From Acaryochloris thomasi RCC1774 (GTDB lineage Bacteria; Cyanobacteriota; Cyanobacteriia; Thermosynechococcales; Thermosynechococcaceae), in assembly GCF_003231495.1 (NCBI RefSeq), contig NZ_PQWO01000001.1, positions 360,001 to 392,000 of the forward strand: DNA of 32,000 bases, in the 5' to 3' direction. Each line of letters opens with the position of its first letter. Position 1 is the first letter of the stretch. The notes under the pieces are model-generated. The model searched no databases. It worked only from the letters and a program-made list of their open reading frames with translations, and was not told where the DNA came from. Position numbers and translations under genes: made by a program. Below, one piece after another: positions 8,255 through 16,651 of the stretch.

Positions 8255-9217
8255 ATGCGCAATTTCCGTAACTATTACGATATCCTCAGCGTTCCTAGAG
8301 ATTCGTCCAATGATGAGATTAAAAAGTCTTATCGTCAATTGGCGCGGAAGTTTCACCCTGACCTGAACCCTGGCGATAAGGCAGCAGAAGAACGCTTCAA
8401 AGATATTAGCGAAGCCTACGATGTCTTGTCGGATGCCGAGAAGCGATCGCAATATGACCGCTTCGGACAATTCTGGAACCAGAGCGGGTTTCAGGGCGGT
8501 AACAAAGAGCAATCGAAGCGGAGCTGGGGCAATCGTCCCTTTTCCACTGAGGATTTAGACTTCAGTGAGTATGCTGACTTTCAGGATTTTCTTGATCAGC
8601 TCTTGGGCCAGCGATTTAAGAAAGGTACCAGCACCGCCACGGCTGAACGCGATCCGTTCCGTCCGGGTAAGACTAAGACCACCTACACCGCTCGTGGTAG
8701 CGGCCGCCGAGATGCTGAAGCTCGGCTCGTGATTCCTTTAGAGAAGGCCTATCAGGGCGGCTGGGAACGCATTCGTCTTGAGGACGGACGCTCTTTAGAG
8801 GTGAATATGCCGGAGGGCATGGTCTCTGATCAGCGCATTCGAGTGACGGGTCAGGGAACCAGTGGCGGCGATCTATATCTGCGCATTGAGGTAAAACCCC
8901 ATCCCTTCTTTAAGATTGAAGGATCGGATGTTATCTGTGAACTACCGATCACGCCAGTTGAGGCGATTTTAGGAGGTCAAGTTGAGACCCCAACCCTGGA
9001 TGGCTGGGTAACCATGAATCTACCCAGCGGGGTACGAACCGGTCAACGGCTGCGATTGGGTGGCAAAGGCTATCCTACAAATAACAAGACGCGAGGCGAT
9101 CAGCTCGTCGAGATCCGGATCGAGGTACCCCAGTCCATCAGTGATGAAGAACAAGATCTCTATGAACGGCTGCGGCAAATTGAAACCTACAAGCCGCGTA
9201 AAAGTTTGCCTGTGTAG
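8255..9217 (+). CDS. dnaJ: J-domain co-chaperone (DnaJ3-like, type II: J domain + DnaJ C-terminal domain, no zinc finger)
   Basis: The J domain reads YYDILSVPRDSSNDEIKKSYRQLARKFHPDLNPGD...RFKDISEAYDVLSD. No CxxCxGxG repeats are present. The C-terminal beta-sandwich region includes GGDLYLRIEVKPHPFF. ATG is at 8255 (TTG at 8252 in the ORF track). Confidence 0.85.
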   Translation: MRNFRNYYDILSVPRDSSNDEIKKSYRQLARKFHPDLNPGDKAAEERFKDISEAYDVLSDAEKRSQYDRFGQFWNQSGFQGGNKEQSKRSWGNRPFSTEDLDFSEYADFQDFLDQLLGQRFKKGTSTATAERDPFRPGKTKTTYTARGSGRRDAEARLVIPLEKAYQGGWERIRLEDGRSLEVNMPEGMVSDQRIRVTGQGTSGGDLYLRIEVKPHPFFKIEGSDVICELPITPVEAILGGQVETPTLDGWVTMNLPSGVRTGQRLRLGGKGYPTNNKTRGDQLVEIRIEVPQSISDEEQDLYERLRQIETYKPRKSLPV

Positions 9218-9224
9218 AAACGAT

Positions 9225-10577
9225 CTACTCCGTGGATAGAGCTGCAGGCTTGGTGATGGGAAGTCGTTTGGGCAACTGGATCGATAAGAACAGAATGATA
9301 GCGGTCATGTAGCTCGTAAGGGCACCCCACAGGAGATGATTGCTTTGGAAATGGAGACCCGCGATCGCAACTGGCAAAAACCCTATCCCAAAAGCAATCA
9401 GAGCCGCATTCCGCAGAATCGCCCCTTCTTTGAGGCCAATGAAGAACCCTTCGAGCATGAACGCCACCGCCGTTAGACTCAGCAGCGGCACCAGCCAAGC
9501 GGTGTAGTCACGCATTGCCTGACTTACTTCGGTGTGATTGGTGAACAATCCAAAAATGGTCTGCGGGAAGCTGACGGAGACGAAGGCAAAGATCAGCGCC
9601 AGCAGAATCGCGTTTCCGATCGCGGTGAGCAGAATCGGCATCATTTGCTCTGTTGCCTCTTGTCCCTTCGCATTACCAATCAGCGTTTGGGTGGTGAGGC
9701 CAAGGCCGTTGACCGTAAACTGACTCAGCAGTGCGATTTGCAGTAAGAGGCCATTCTCCGCTAGCACGGTGGTGCCCAACGTGGCGCTGAAGTTAGTAAA
9801 CAAAGCATAGGCCGAAATCAGGGCCACAAAACGAATCAAGATATTGCTTTTGAGAGCCACTGTGGCCTTGAGGGCCGTCCAGTCCCACAGGTTCTGCAGC
9901 GCGGTTGTGAAGGCACTCCGTTTAATACTGAAGCCTGCGTAAATCAGCGCCACCAGTAAGGCTAGATATTGGCTAAGGGCGGTGGCGAGTCCGGCCCCGG
10001 TGCTGGCCCATCCCCACTGCTGAATCATCAGGTAGTCCAGCAGCACGTTGGAGCCGTTGCCAACCAAAGACAGCACCAGAACGGCACCTTTCATTTCTCG
10101 GCCTAGAAACCAGCCGATGAAAACGAAGTTAAGTAATACTGCTGGCGCACCCCAGATGCGGGCGTTGAAGTAGTTTAGCCCTGCGGCTTCAATATCAGGG
10201 GAACCGGCTAAGAACATGAAGCCAAAGTGGGCGATGGGCCACTGGAGCAAGAGAATTAGAGTTGCGATCGCAACCGCTATCACCCCACTCCTCAAACCGG
10301 CCAAAAGTACCTCGTTTTGATCACCTTGGCCTGCTGCCTGAGCCGTGATCGCATTGGTGCTGTTGCGCAGAAACTTGAGAACGCGATAGAGATAGTCAAA
10401 CAGAATGCTGCCTAAAATTACGCCCGCCAGGTAGCGGATATCCTTTAAGTGCCCGAGAAAGGCCGTATCAAAAATTCCCGCCAGCGGCACCATCATATTC
10501 GACAGGGCACTCACCACCGCAAGCTGATAAAAACGAGGTAAAAAGGCTTGGTACTGAGCAGGAAGCGAAAGTGCCAT
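9225..10577 (-). CDS. MATE family efflux transporter (DinF-like)
   Basis: 450 aa, about 12 predicted hydrophobic helices, and MATE-like N-terminal signature (LSNMMVPLAGIFDTAFLGHL). It starts 29 nt downstream of the phoX-like stop on the same strand. Confidence 0.8.
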   Translation of the reverse strand: MALSLPAQYQAFLPRFYQLAVVSALSNMMVPLAGIFDTAFLGHLKDIRYLAGVILGSILFDYLYRVLKFLRNSTNAITAQAAGQGDQNEVLLAGLRSGVIAVAIATLILLLQWPIAHFGFMFLAGSPDIEAAGLNYFNARIWGAPAVLLNFVFIGWFLGREMKGAVLVLSLVGNGSNVLLDYLMIQQWGWASTGAGLATALSQYLALLVALIYAGFSIKRSAFTTALQNLWDWTALKATVALKSNILIRFVALISAYALFTNFSATLGTTVLAENGLLLQIALLSQFTVNGLGLTTQTLIGNAKGQEATEQMMPILLTAIGNAILLALIFAFVSVSFPQTIFGLFTNHTEVSQAMRDYTAWLVPLLSLTAVAFMLEGFFIGLKEGAILRNAALIAFGIGFLPVAIAGLHFQSNHLLWGALTSYMTAIILFLSIQLPKRLPITKPAALSTE

Positions 10578-10606
10578 GTCGTATTGCTCTCAAAGGTCTA
10601 GTGCGG

Positions 10607-12775
10607 CTATGCGAGGTTTTGACCATCCTCCCGCTGCACCACCACTAGGGCAGGCTTGGGCAAATCTTGCGCGGTCTTCCCCGGCCAGTTCGACCCCAGA
10701 GGAACCTGACGCTGCTGCGTAAATTCTTGACCGTCGGTGGTCCGCATGACCAGTTGGCGGGTTTCTACAGCCATATCTTGCCGCATCCCCCCCGTCTCTC
10801 CAGGATGCTGAATCGCCAAGAAGAGTGACTTCTGATCTGAGGAGAGAGATAAACCACAGAGTTCACACTCCATAGGACCGATGGCAAAGGGTACAGCTTT
10901 GCCTGAATCAGGTCCACTGAGAGGAATCACCCAGGCTGAGTTATTGCCAAACAGCCCCCGTAGATTTGATTGGCTAACCTGTTCACCGTCCTCAGTACGG
11001 CTAGGAATCTCTTGATTATGCTTGCTGGTAGACATGTCGGTAACCATCCACAGATTGCCGTTGCTATCCATCTCTAAGTTGTCAGGGTTTGAAAAACCGA
11101 GGCCGCCATCTGCTGGTTCGCCCCCAAGGGCAATCATTGCCCAGCGGAAGGTCATGGATCCTGGATCGCGTTTGTCTTCCTCTAATTTCATGATCCAGCC
11201 GTATTCGTAAGGCGTTTCACCCTCAGGTCCGGTAAAGATCTGTTTGTCGGGTCCGCCATCACCGCCGGGGGAACCGGAAGTAAAGGCGACAAATAATGCT
11301 CCCTGATCATTGACGGTGGTGTCTTCAGGGCGAGCCATGCAGGTCACTCCGGCGGCATTGGCGGCAAAGTGAGCGTCGATTAAAATTGCGCCCTGCTTTT
11401 CGATGGCGTTACCGATGTATAAATCGCCAAGGGTTTTGAACTTTTTCAGCGCGATCGCATCTGCATCCTGCGTCACCTTAACAATCCCGCCCGCTTGTCG
11501 ATCGGGGTTCGGCAGCGTCACCAGCCCTTGCCCCTCGTCTTCAACTACCTGACTGGGCAAAACCGGATCCACCGCGGTGTCAGGGTTGAGGGCGATCCAC
11601 TGACCGGTGCCGTCAGAGTTAAGCTTGGCACCGTAGAGCATCCCCTGCTCTAGCAAACCAGAGTTCGCTTTGTCGGCAACCTTGTATACATTGTCTTGAC
11701 TGACAAACTTGTATAGATGTCCGCCTCTGCGATCGCAACCCGAGTAGACCGCTAACGGCTTCCCCTTCACAGCCCTAACCGCCACGGCTTCATGGCGATA
11801 GCGCCCCAGCCACGTATGCTTAGTGCCGTAGTCTTGAGCATTGGCGGGGTCTACCTCCACCATCCAGCCATATTTGTTGCCCGCCAAACCAAACGGATTG
11901 CCGCGTCCATCGACCTTTTTATCCGTTAATACAAAAGGCTGTTGAGAGGGATCCATCGATGACCCGTCAGCCATAACTGGCTCCGGTACCTGAGCTTGAA
12001 AATTCTCCTCCGCACTTAGGATCGTCCCCCACGGTGTTGTGCCCCCTGCACAGTTCTGAAACGTCCCAATAATGCGAACCTGGAGCTGATCGTCATAGCC
12101 CAGTTTGTCGACTTTTTCAAAGATAGCAACAGCAGCCCCCGTGGCTTGCAGATAGCGCCCATCTTCTAGGCCAGAGATACCAGTAATCCGCCGATCCTGG
12201 GCCAAAGGAGTACGTTCCCAGCTATCGTTGTTTTTGCTGACCGAAATCACGCCAATGCCTTGATCGATCAGCCCTTCCTTTGCGATCGCCTCAATCTGTT
12301 GCTTGAGCGGATTGTTTTTAGGGAGTGCAAAGGCATTGATCTCCCCTCCACGGCTTGCCAGTGCCGTTTTCACCTCAGCGAAGGGAAGAGACTGACCGAT
12401 TACTTCAGGATAGGTTTGCATCCAGGTTTTGCCACTGATGTACTCAAAGTTAACGGCAAGGAAGCTCATCATCTCTGCTTCGATTAAGGCAACAAAATCA
12501 TTGTTGTAGCCAAATCGGGAGTCACCGACAGAATCCCCCCAGGCCGAAATCACGCTGTAGCGATACCCCTCCGGCACCACCAGATCATCGATGACCTCAT
12601 AGGTGCTGTAGACCTGCATCTGGTCACTAGCGGTATCGCCAATGTTAAGCGGCAGCGGTAGCTGGACCGGCTGAAAGGCAAGTGTCTTGGCTCGTTTGCC
12701 TACAAGTGAGCTACAGGCAACCGTTCCTGCAGCCCCTCCCATAAATACTAAAAATTGCCTACGGGTGATCGTCAT
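10607..12775 (-). CDS. phoX: PhoX-type alkaline phosphatase (DUF839 beta-propeller) with Tat signal
   Basis: N-terminus MTITRRQFLVFMGGAAG carries a twin-arginine motif. NCAGGTTPWGTILSAEENF, GWMVEVDP and GRYRHEAVAV are conserved PhoX/DUF839 motifs. Confidence 0.8.
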   Translation of the reverse strand: MTITRRQFLVFMGGAAGTVACSSLVGKRAKTLAFQPVQLPLPLNIGDTASDQMQVYSTYEVIDDLVVPEGYRYSVISAWGDSVGDSRFGYNNDFVALIEAEMMSFLAVNFEYISGKTWMQTYPEVIGQSLPFAEVKTALASRGGEINAFALPKNNPLKQQIEAIAKEGLIDQGIGVISVSKNNDSWERTPLAQDRRITGISGLEDGRYLQATGAAVAIFEKVDKLGYDDQLQVRIIGTFQNCAGGTTPWGTILSAEENFQAQVPEPVMADGSSMDPSQQPFVLTDKKVDGRGNPFGLAGNKYGWMVEVDPANAQDYGTKHTWLGRYRHEAVAVRAVKGKPLAVYSGCDRRGGHLYKFVSQDNVYKVADKANSGLLEQGMLYGAKLNSDGTGQWIALNPDTAVDPVLPSQVVEDEGQGLVTLPNPDRQAGGIVKVTQDADAIALKKFKTLGDLYIGNAIEKQGAILIDAHFAANAAGVTCMARPEDTTVNDQGALFVAFTSGSPGGDGGPDKQIFTGPEGETPYEYGWIMKLEEDKRDPGSMTFRWAMIALGGEPADGGLGFSNPDNLEMDSNGNLWMVTDMSTSKHNQEIPSRTEDGEQVSQSNLRGLFGNNSAWVIPLSGPDSGKAVPFAIGPMECELCGLSLSSDQKSLFLAIQHPGETGGMRQDMAVETRQLVMRTTDGQEFTQQRQVPLGSNWPGKTAQDLPKPALVVVQREDGQNLA

Positions 12776-12835
12776 AAACTTATAGCAAGCCCATCTAGCC
12801 TGGGTTTAGAACCTGACTATGACGCTACAGCGCCA

Positions 12836-12865
12836 AGGTTAAGAGCTTGTAATGGCTTGACTAAG
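12836..12865 (-). promoter_or_regulatory. Candidate Pho box (three 8-bp units at 11-bp phasing) upstream of phoX
   Basis: The minus strand reads CTTAGTCA-agc-CATTACAA-gct-CTTAACCT. The last unit is an exact match to the cyanobacterial PyTTAAPyPy(T/A) consensus and the others are partial matches. A CATAGT -10-like hexamer follows ~14 nt downstream. The site is ~60 nt upstream of the phoX ATG. Confidence 0.3.
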
Positions 12866-12935
12866 AAATAGTTGAACTCTTTCTTGATCAGCATTTAAGA
12901 AAATGCCCACTCTGCTTCATGATTTTGACTAGCAT

Positions 12936-13307
12936 TCACCAATCACGCCATTCACTGGCTGGACCTTCCCCATTTCCGTACTTCGATACTTCTAGACCTG
13001 CGGCTGTTGCAATTTTGTTGAACAACTCGCAGAGATCTTCACGTTCTCCAGTCTCGATGAAGCTACCAACTTCACTATTCAGATCATTTAGCGCCTCTAC
13101 AGCAATTTGAAAGGTAGCAAGCTTTTCCGACTCTGACGCATCCTCACCCAGAGCAATCAGGGAGGATAGTTGATTTTTCAAAATTGTGAAGGCTCTAGAG
13201 CAATTCTCTTGCGTATATTGCGTTAGGTCGTCTTCTTCGAGATAGCTGCGCCATCGGTCGAATGGGAACTCAGCTTGCAGCTCCCTAATCCTCTTTTGAT
13301 ATGACAT
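12936..13307 (-). CDS. Hypothetical acidic, predicted helical cytoplasmic protein (123 aa)
   Basis: ATG start preceded by GAGG 5 nt upstream. No antisense gene competes for this region. I recognise no family. Confidence 0.55.
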   Translation of the reverse strand: MSYQKRIRELQAEFPFDRWRSYLEEDDLTQYTQENCSRAFTILKNQLSSLIALGEDASESEKLATFQIAVEALNDLNSEVGSFIETGEREDLCELFNKIATAAGLEVSKYGNGEGPASEWRDW

Positions 13308-13396
13308 GTTGCCTCACGAAACACTCTTGGAACAGAGCAGAGCCAGATAAGAGACCTGTTGAATAATGATGAATTGATCTGATTCTGCGCAGCGAT

Positions 13397-13996
13397 CTAG
13401 AGTCTGGCAAGCGTCACCACTTCATCTTGATTTTGATATTTTCCCTGCCGCGCCTGGTAGCTAACAGAGCAGCGTTCGCCTTCAAAGAACAAAAGCTGCA
13501 CAATTCCTTCTCGGGCGTAAATACGGCAGTCTGCACTGGATGAATTAGAGAACTCCAGCGTCAGGTGTCCCTGCCAACCTGCTTCAGCAGGCGTTAGGTT
13601 TGCGATAATGCCACAGCGGGCATAGGTGCTTTTACCAATGCAAATCACGCTGACGTTTTCTGGGATAGCCAGTCGCTCCATCGCTACCCCCAAGCCGTAG
13701 GAGTGGGCAGGCAAAATAAAATAACTGCCCTGAGGATCGGTATGCAGCGCCACCGGCTCTAGGTTATCGGGATTAAAGTTTTTGGGATCAACAATGGTGC
13801 CAGGGATGTGGCGAAAGACCCGAAACTCGTTGGGGCTAAGCCGTAGATCGTACCCATAGGAAGACAGGCCATAGCTGATCACACGATGCAGTGGCTGGGA
13901 CTCCTGAGCCTCAATTTGACGGACCAGCTCTGACTCAAAGGGGGTAATCATCCCCTGCTGAGCCATCTCTTGAATCCACACATCATTCTTGATCAC
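13397..13996 (-). CDS. dcd: dCTP deaminase
   Basis: 199 aa. MIKNDVWIQEM...ITPF, SSYGYDLRL and the C-terminal GKYQNQ-type region are typical of Dcd. Confidence 0.9.
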   Translation of the reverse strand: MIKNDVWIQEMAQQGMITPFESELVRQIEAQESQPLHRVISYGLSSYGYDLRLSPNEFRVFRHIPGTIVDPKNFNPDNLEPVALHTDPQGSYFILPAHSYGLGVAMERLAIPENVSVICIGKSTYARCGIIANLTPAEAGWQGHLTLEFSNSSSADCRIYAREGIVQLLFFEGERCSVSYQARQGKYQNQDEVVTLARL

Positions 13997-14042
13997 GGCG
14001 CTACCTTTTCGCTTGCCCGGTCAAGCTCTCGCTCGACTGATT

Positions 14043-14579
14043 TTATAGACGGGGACTTCGGCGTAGTTCAGTCACCTGATCGGCCTCATTCACTATGGCG
14101 GGTGGCATGTTGGGTCCCGTGAGGATCATATCAATATGGCGGGGCCGCTGCTGGAGAAGATTGAGAACGTCGGCTTCAGGAATCAGCCCCAAATGAATGG
14201 CTAAGCTCAATTCATCCAGTACCACCAGTGAGTAGTTGCCCTCTAGCACCGCCGACTGTGTGTGATTCCAAAGGTCAGACAGAGCCTCTTGCTCTGAATC
14301 ATCAAGCTGGGCATCACCGATACAGCGGGGCAAATTACACCGAAACCAATCCAGATGCTGACACAGATGAATGGGATGCTGATGCCCCATATTGATGCCA
14401 CCCTTAAGGAACTGCACCACCAACACTGAGGTTCCTTGACCCGCAGCCCTGAGCGCTTGAGCCATAACGTTGGTGAAAAAGTTGCGGTGGGGAGCCGTCA
14501 CGATTTGCACAAGTCCCTCGACGGCATGAAAAACGCGGCGGTCAAGATCTAGTGTTGTGGCTTCAATCTGAGCAACCAT
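14043..14579 (-). CDS. CobA/CobO/BtuR-family (corrinoid adenosyltransferase-like) protein lacking the canonical P-loop
   Basis: VLVVQFLKGG, SLVVLDELSLAIHLGLI and IDMILTGPNMPPAIVNEADQVTELR align with the CobA family. The position of the GxGKGKTT P-loop reads TAPHRNFFTN. Confidence 0.7.
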   Translation of the reverse strand: MVAQIEATTLDLDRRVFHAVEGLVQIVTAPHRNFFTNVMAQALRAAGQGTSVLVVQFLKGGINMGHQHPIHLCQHLDWFRCNLPRCIGDAQLDDSEQEALSDLWNHTQSAVLEGNYSLVVLDELSLAIHLGLIPEADVLNLLQQRPRHIDMILTGPNMPPAIVNEADQVTELRRSPRL

Positions 14580-14950
14580 AAATGATTCCAGTAGTGCTTC
14601 GAGAAATGTTGTATTTTTGCGGTAATCTGCCTGATCAGAAACATCTACGACTCAATTAGAAGATCCTCAATAGTGAGGACACAACCCATAGTGGCAGGGT
14701 GGCTGAATTGAAGGAGGCAATGCACAGATATAGCGCTTAGCTGCAACGTTCTCACATAGTCAACACCATATGTATGTATTCGTCAATAGTTTACGTTGAA
14801 TCTTTAAGTTCATAGCGTCCTGTCCCTCTAAGAGGTAGTCTTTGGGTTTGGCTTGCACTATAAGGAAACGTCATTAGACCGTTTAAGGGGTCTCACACTA
14901 GCCTTCTCAATCTCTGTCGTTCTGCAGTTTTAGTTTAGGAAATCGCATTT

Positions 14951-15670
14951 ATGCCACAGCAGCGCCCCGATGGTCGTCAGCCTGACCAACTTCGGCCCAT
15001 TCAGTTTCAGCGGAGATTCACGGGTTCTGTGCCGGGTTCTGTGCTCGCGCAGTGGGGAGAGACAAAGGTCCTGTGTACTGTTTCAGTACAGTCAGGGGTA
15101 CCCAGATTTCTCGAAGGAACAGGGCAGGGATGGCTCACGGCAGAGTATCGGATGCTGCCAGGGTCGACACCTCAGCGGAAGGCTCGGGAGATCCTGAAGC
15201 TATCGGGACGCACGCAAGAAATTCAGCGATTAATTGGCCGTAGCCTACGGGCAGCACTGGACCTCCAGGCCCTCGGGGAGCGTACCTTGATTGTGGATGC
15301 AGATGTGCTGCAGGCGGATGCAGGCACCCGAACGACAGCCATTACGGGCGGTTTCGTTGCCCTTGCCGATGCGATTCAAGATTTGATTACCAAGGGAGAG
15401 TTAGAAACCTCTCCCATTCGCCACTATGTTGCGGCTGTTTCAGTCGGCTTAAAGGCTGGAGAGCCACTGCTGGATCTCAATTACAAGGAAGATGTGGCGG
15501 CAGATGTTGATCTCAATGTGGTGATGACAGAGCATCAAACACTGCTAGAGGTGCAGGGCACAGCAGAAGAGGGCGAATTTACGCGATCGCAACTCAATCA
15601 CATGCTCGACTACGCTGAATCTGGGATCCAAACGCTTGTGGCAGCCCAACGACAAGCCCTCAATGGATAA
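14951..15670 (+). CDS. rph: Ribonuclease PH
   Basis: 239 aa. [30 protein letters not shown] and [18 protein letters not shown] are canonical RNase PH motifs. Confidence 0.92.
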   Translation: MPQQRPDGRQPDQLRPIQFQRRFTGSVPGSVLAQWGETKVLCTVSVQSGVPRFLEGTGQGWLTAEYRMLPGSTPQRKAREILKLSGRTQEIQRLIGRSLRAALDLQALGERTLIVDADVLQADAGTRTTAITGGFVALADAIQDLITKGELETSPIRHYVAAVSVGLKAGEPLLDLNYKEDVAADVDLNVVMTEHQTLLEVQGTAEEGEFTRSQLNHMLDYAESGIQTLVAAQRQALNG

Positions 15671-15721
15671 GATTGATACACCAGCGGGACAGAGACCCTC
15701 CGTAGGCTTCTCAATACCAGT

Positions 15722-15964
15722 TTACGAGACCGGCTTTTCACTTAGAGTCGCCATATCTTCATAGGGCTGATCGAGCAGAGGCTGTCCCGGTAGAGCAACT
15801 TCAATGCCCAGCTTCTGAATACCGACGACCGCGATTTCAGCCGGTAGCTTGACGAATCTAGGGGCGTGAAAATTGGAAAAGAGATCAATTCCGATCGCCC
15901 ATTTCAGTACGTAGAGAAGATACAGCGCGGCTACAGTCGTTAGAGATTTTCTGAGCAAAGACAT
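15722..15964 (-). CDS. Small single-pass membrane protein (80 aa), unknown function
   Basis: ATG at 15964 is preceded by AGGAG 8 nt upstream. There is one hydrophobic helix (TTVAALYLLYVLKWAIGI). The ORF track extends it to 16000, but that start lacks an RBS. Confidence 0.45.
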   Translation of the reverse strand: MSLLRKSLTTVAALYLLYVLKWAIGIDLFSNFHAPRFVKLPAEIAVVGIQKLGIEVALPGQPLLDQPYEDMATLSEKPVS

Positions 15965-16113
15965 TGCGTTAGCTCCTGAAGGAAGAAGTTCCGCCGCCAA
16001 TCGCTTGATTATGAGCGGTGAGATTGACTGAAAGCGATGCTTGCGTCTGCGAACAGCATTGTGGGTCTACAGGGAAAGGCGCAGGATTAGCGAAAATGGT
16101 GACCGTGGTGGAA

Positions 16114-16398
16114 TTACTGATGACCGAAGAATTTCTTGTGGCCGATGAACTTCTGCTTGCCATGAAACCGACCGTGCCCGTGATGAATCTTTTTGGTCTT
16201 CTTGAATTTCTTAGGGGCGTGATGATGGCCCTTCTTAAACTTCTTGAACTTGAGAGCCACTAATTCTGTCTCAGGTTGACCCACTGCTGTCTGCTCGAGC
16301 GTCTTAGCTTCAGCAGTACCAACAACAGTTGTTAACCCCAGGATTACAGCACCTAGTCCAATAAGAGTGGCGTTAATCAGATGGTTTTTGTTATTCAT
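16114..16398 (-). CDS. Small secreted His/Lys/Phe-rich protein (94 aa)
   Basis: ATG is preceded by GAGGA 7 nt upstream. It has a Sec-type signal peptide ending in AEA. The mature C-terminus is KFKKFKKGHHHAPKKFKKTKKIHHGHGRFHGKQKFIGHKKFFGHQ. Confidence 0.55.
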   Translation of the reverse strand: MNNKNHLINATLIGLGAVILGLTTVVGTAEAKTLEQTAVGQPETELVALKFKKFKKGHHHAPKKFKKTKKIHHGHGRFHGKQKFIGHKKFFGHQ

Positions 16399-16651
16399 GA
16401 TTGAGTCCTCTAACCTCTATGACTTCAATCTAGAAGGGTTGTCTGAGACCCAAATGATCTGTTTATATGCGCAAATAGCAAACTCGCTGAGAGTTTCAGT
16501 CGCATTGCCTGAGAAAACTGAGTGCCTAAATTTTGAGATGGGCTGTGCAGTGTCTCAGGCAACAGCCGTCTAATCTTTAGAAGAAGTAACAGAATGATCC
16601 GCAGTGGATTTGACGGCTACCATGAAAGTGGTACTGGTTTGGAACAGCGTT

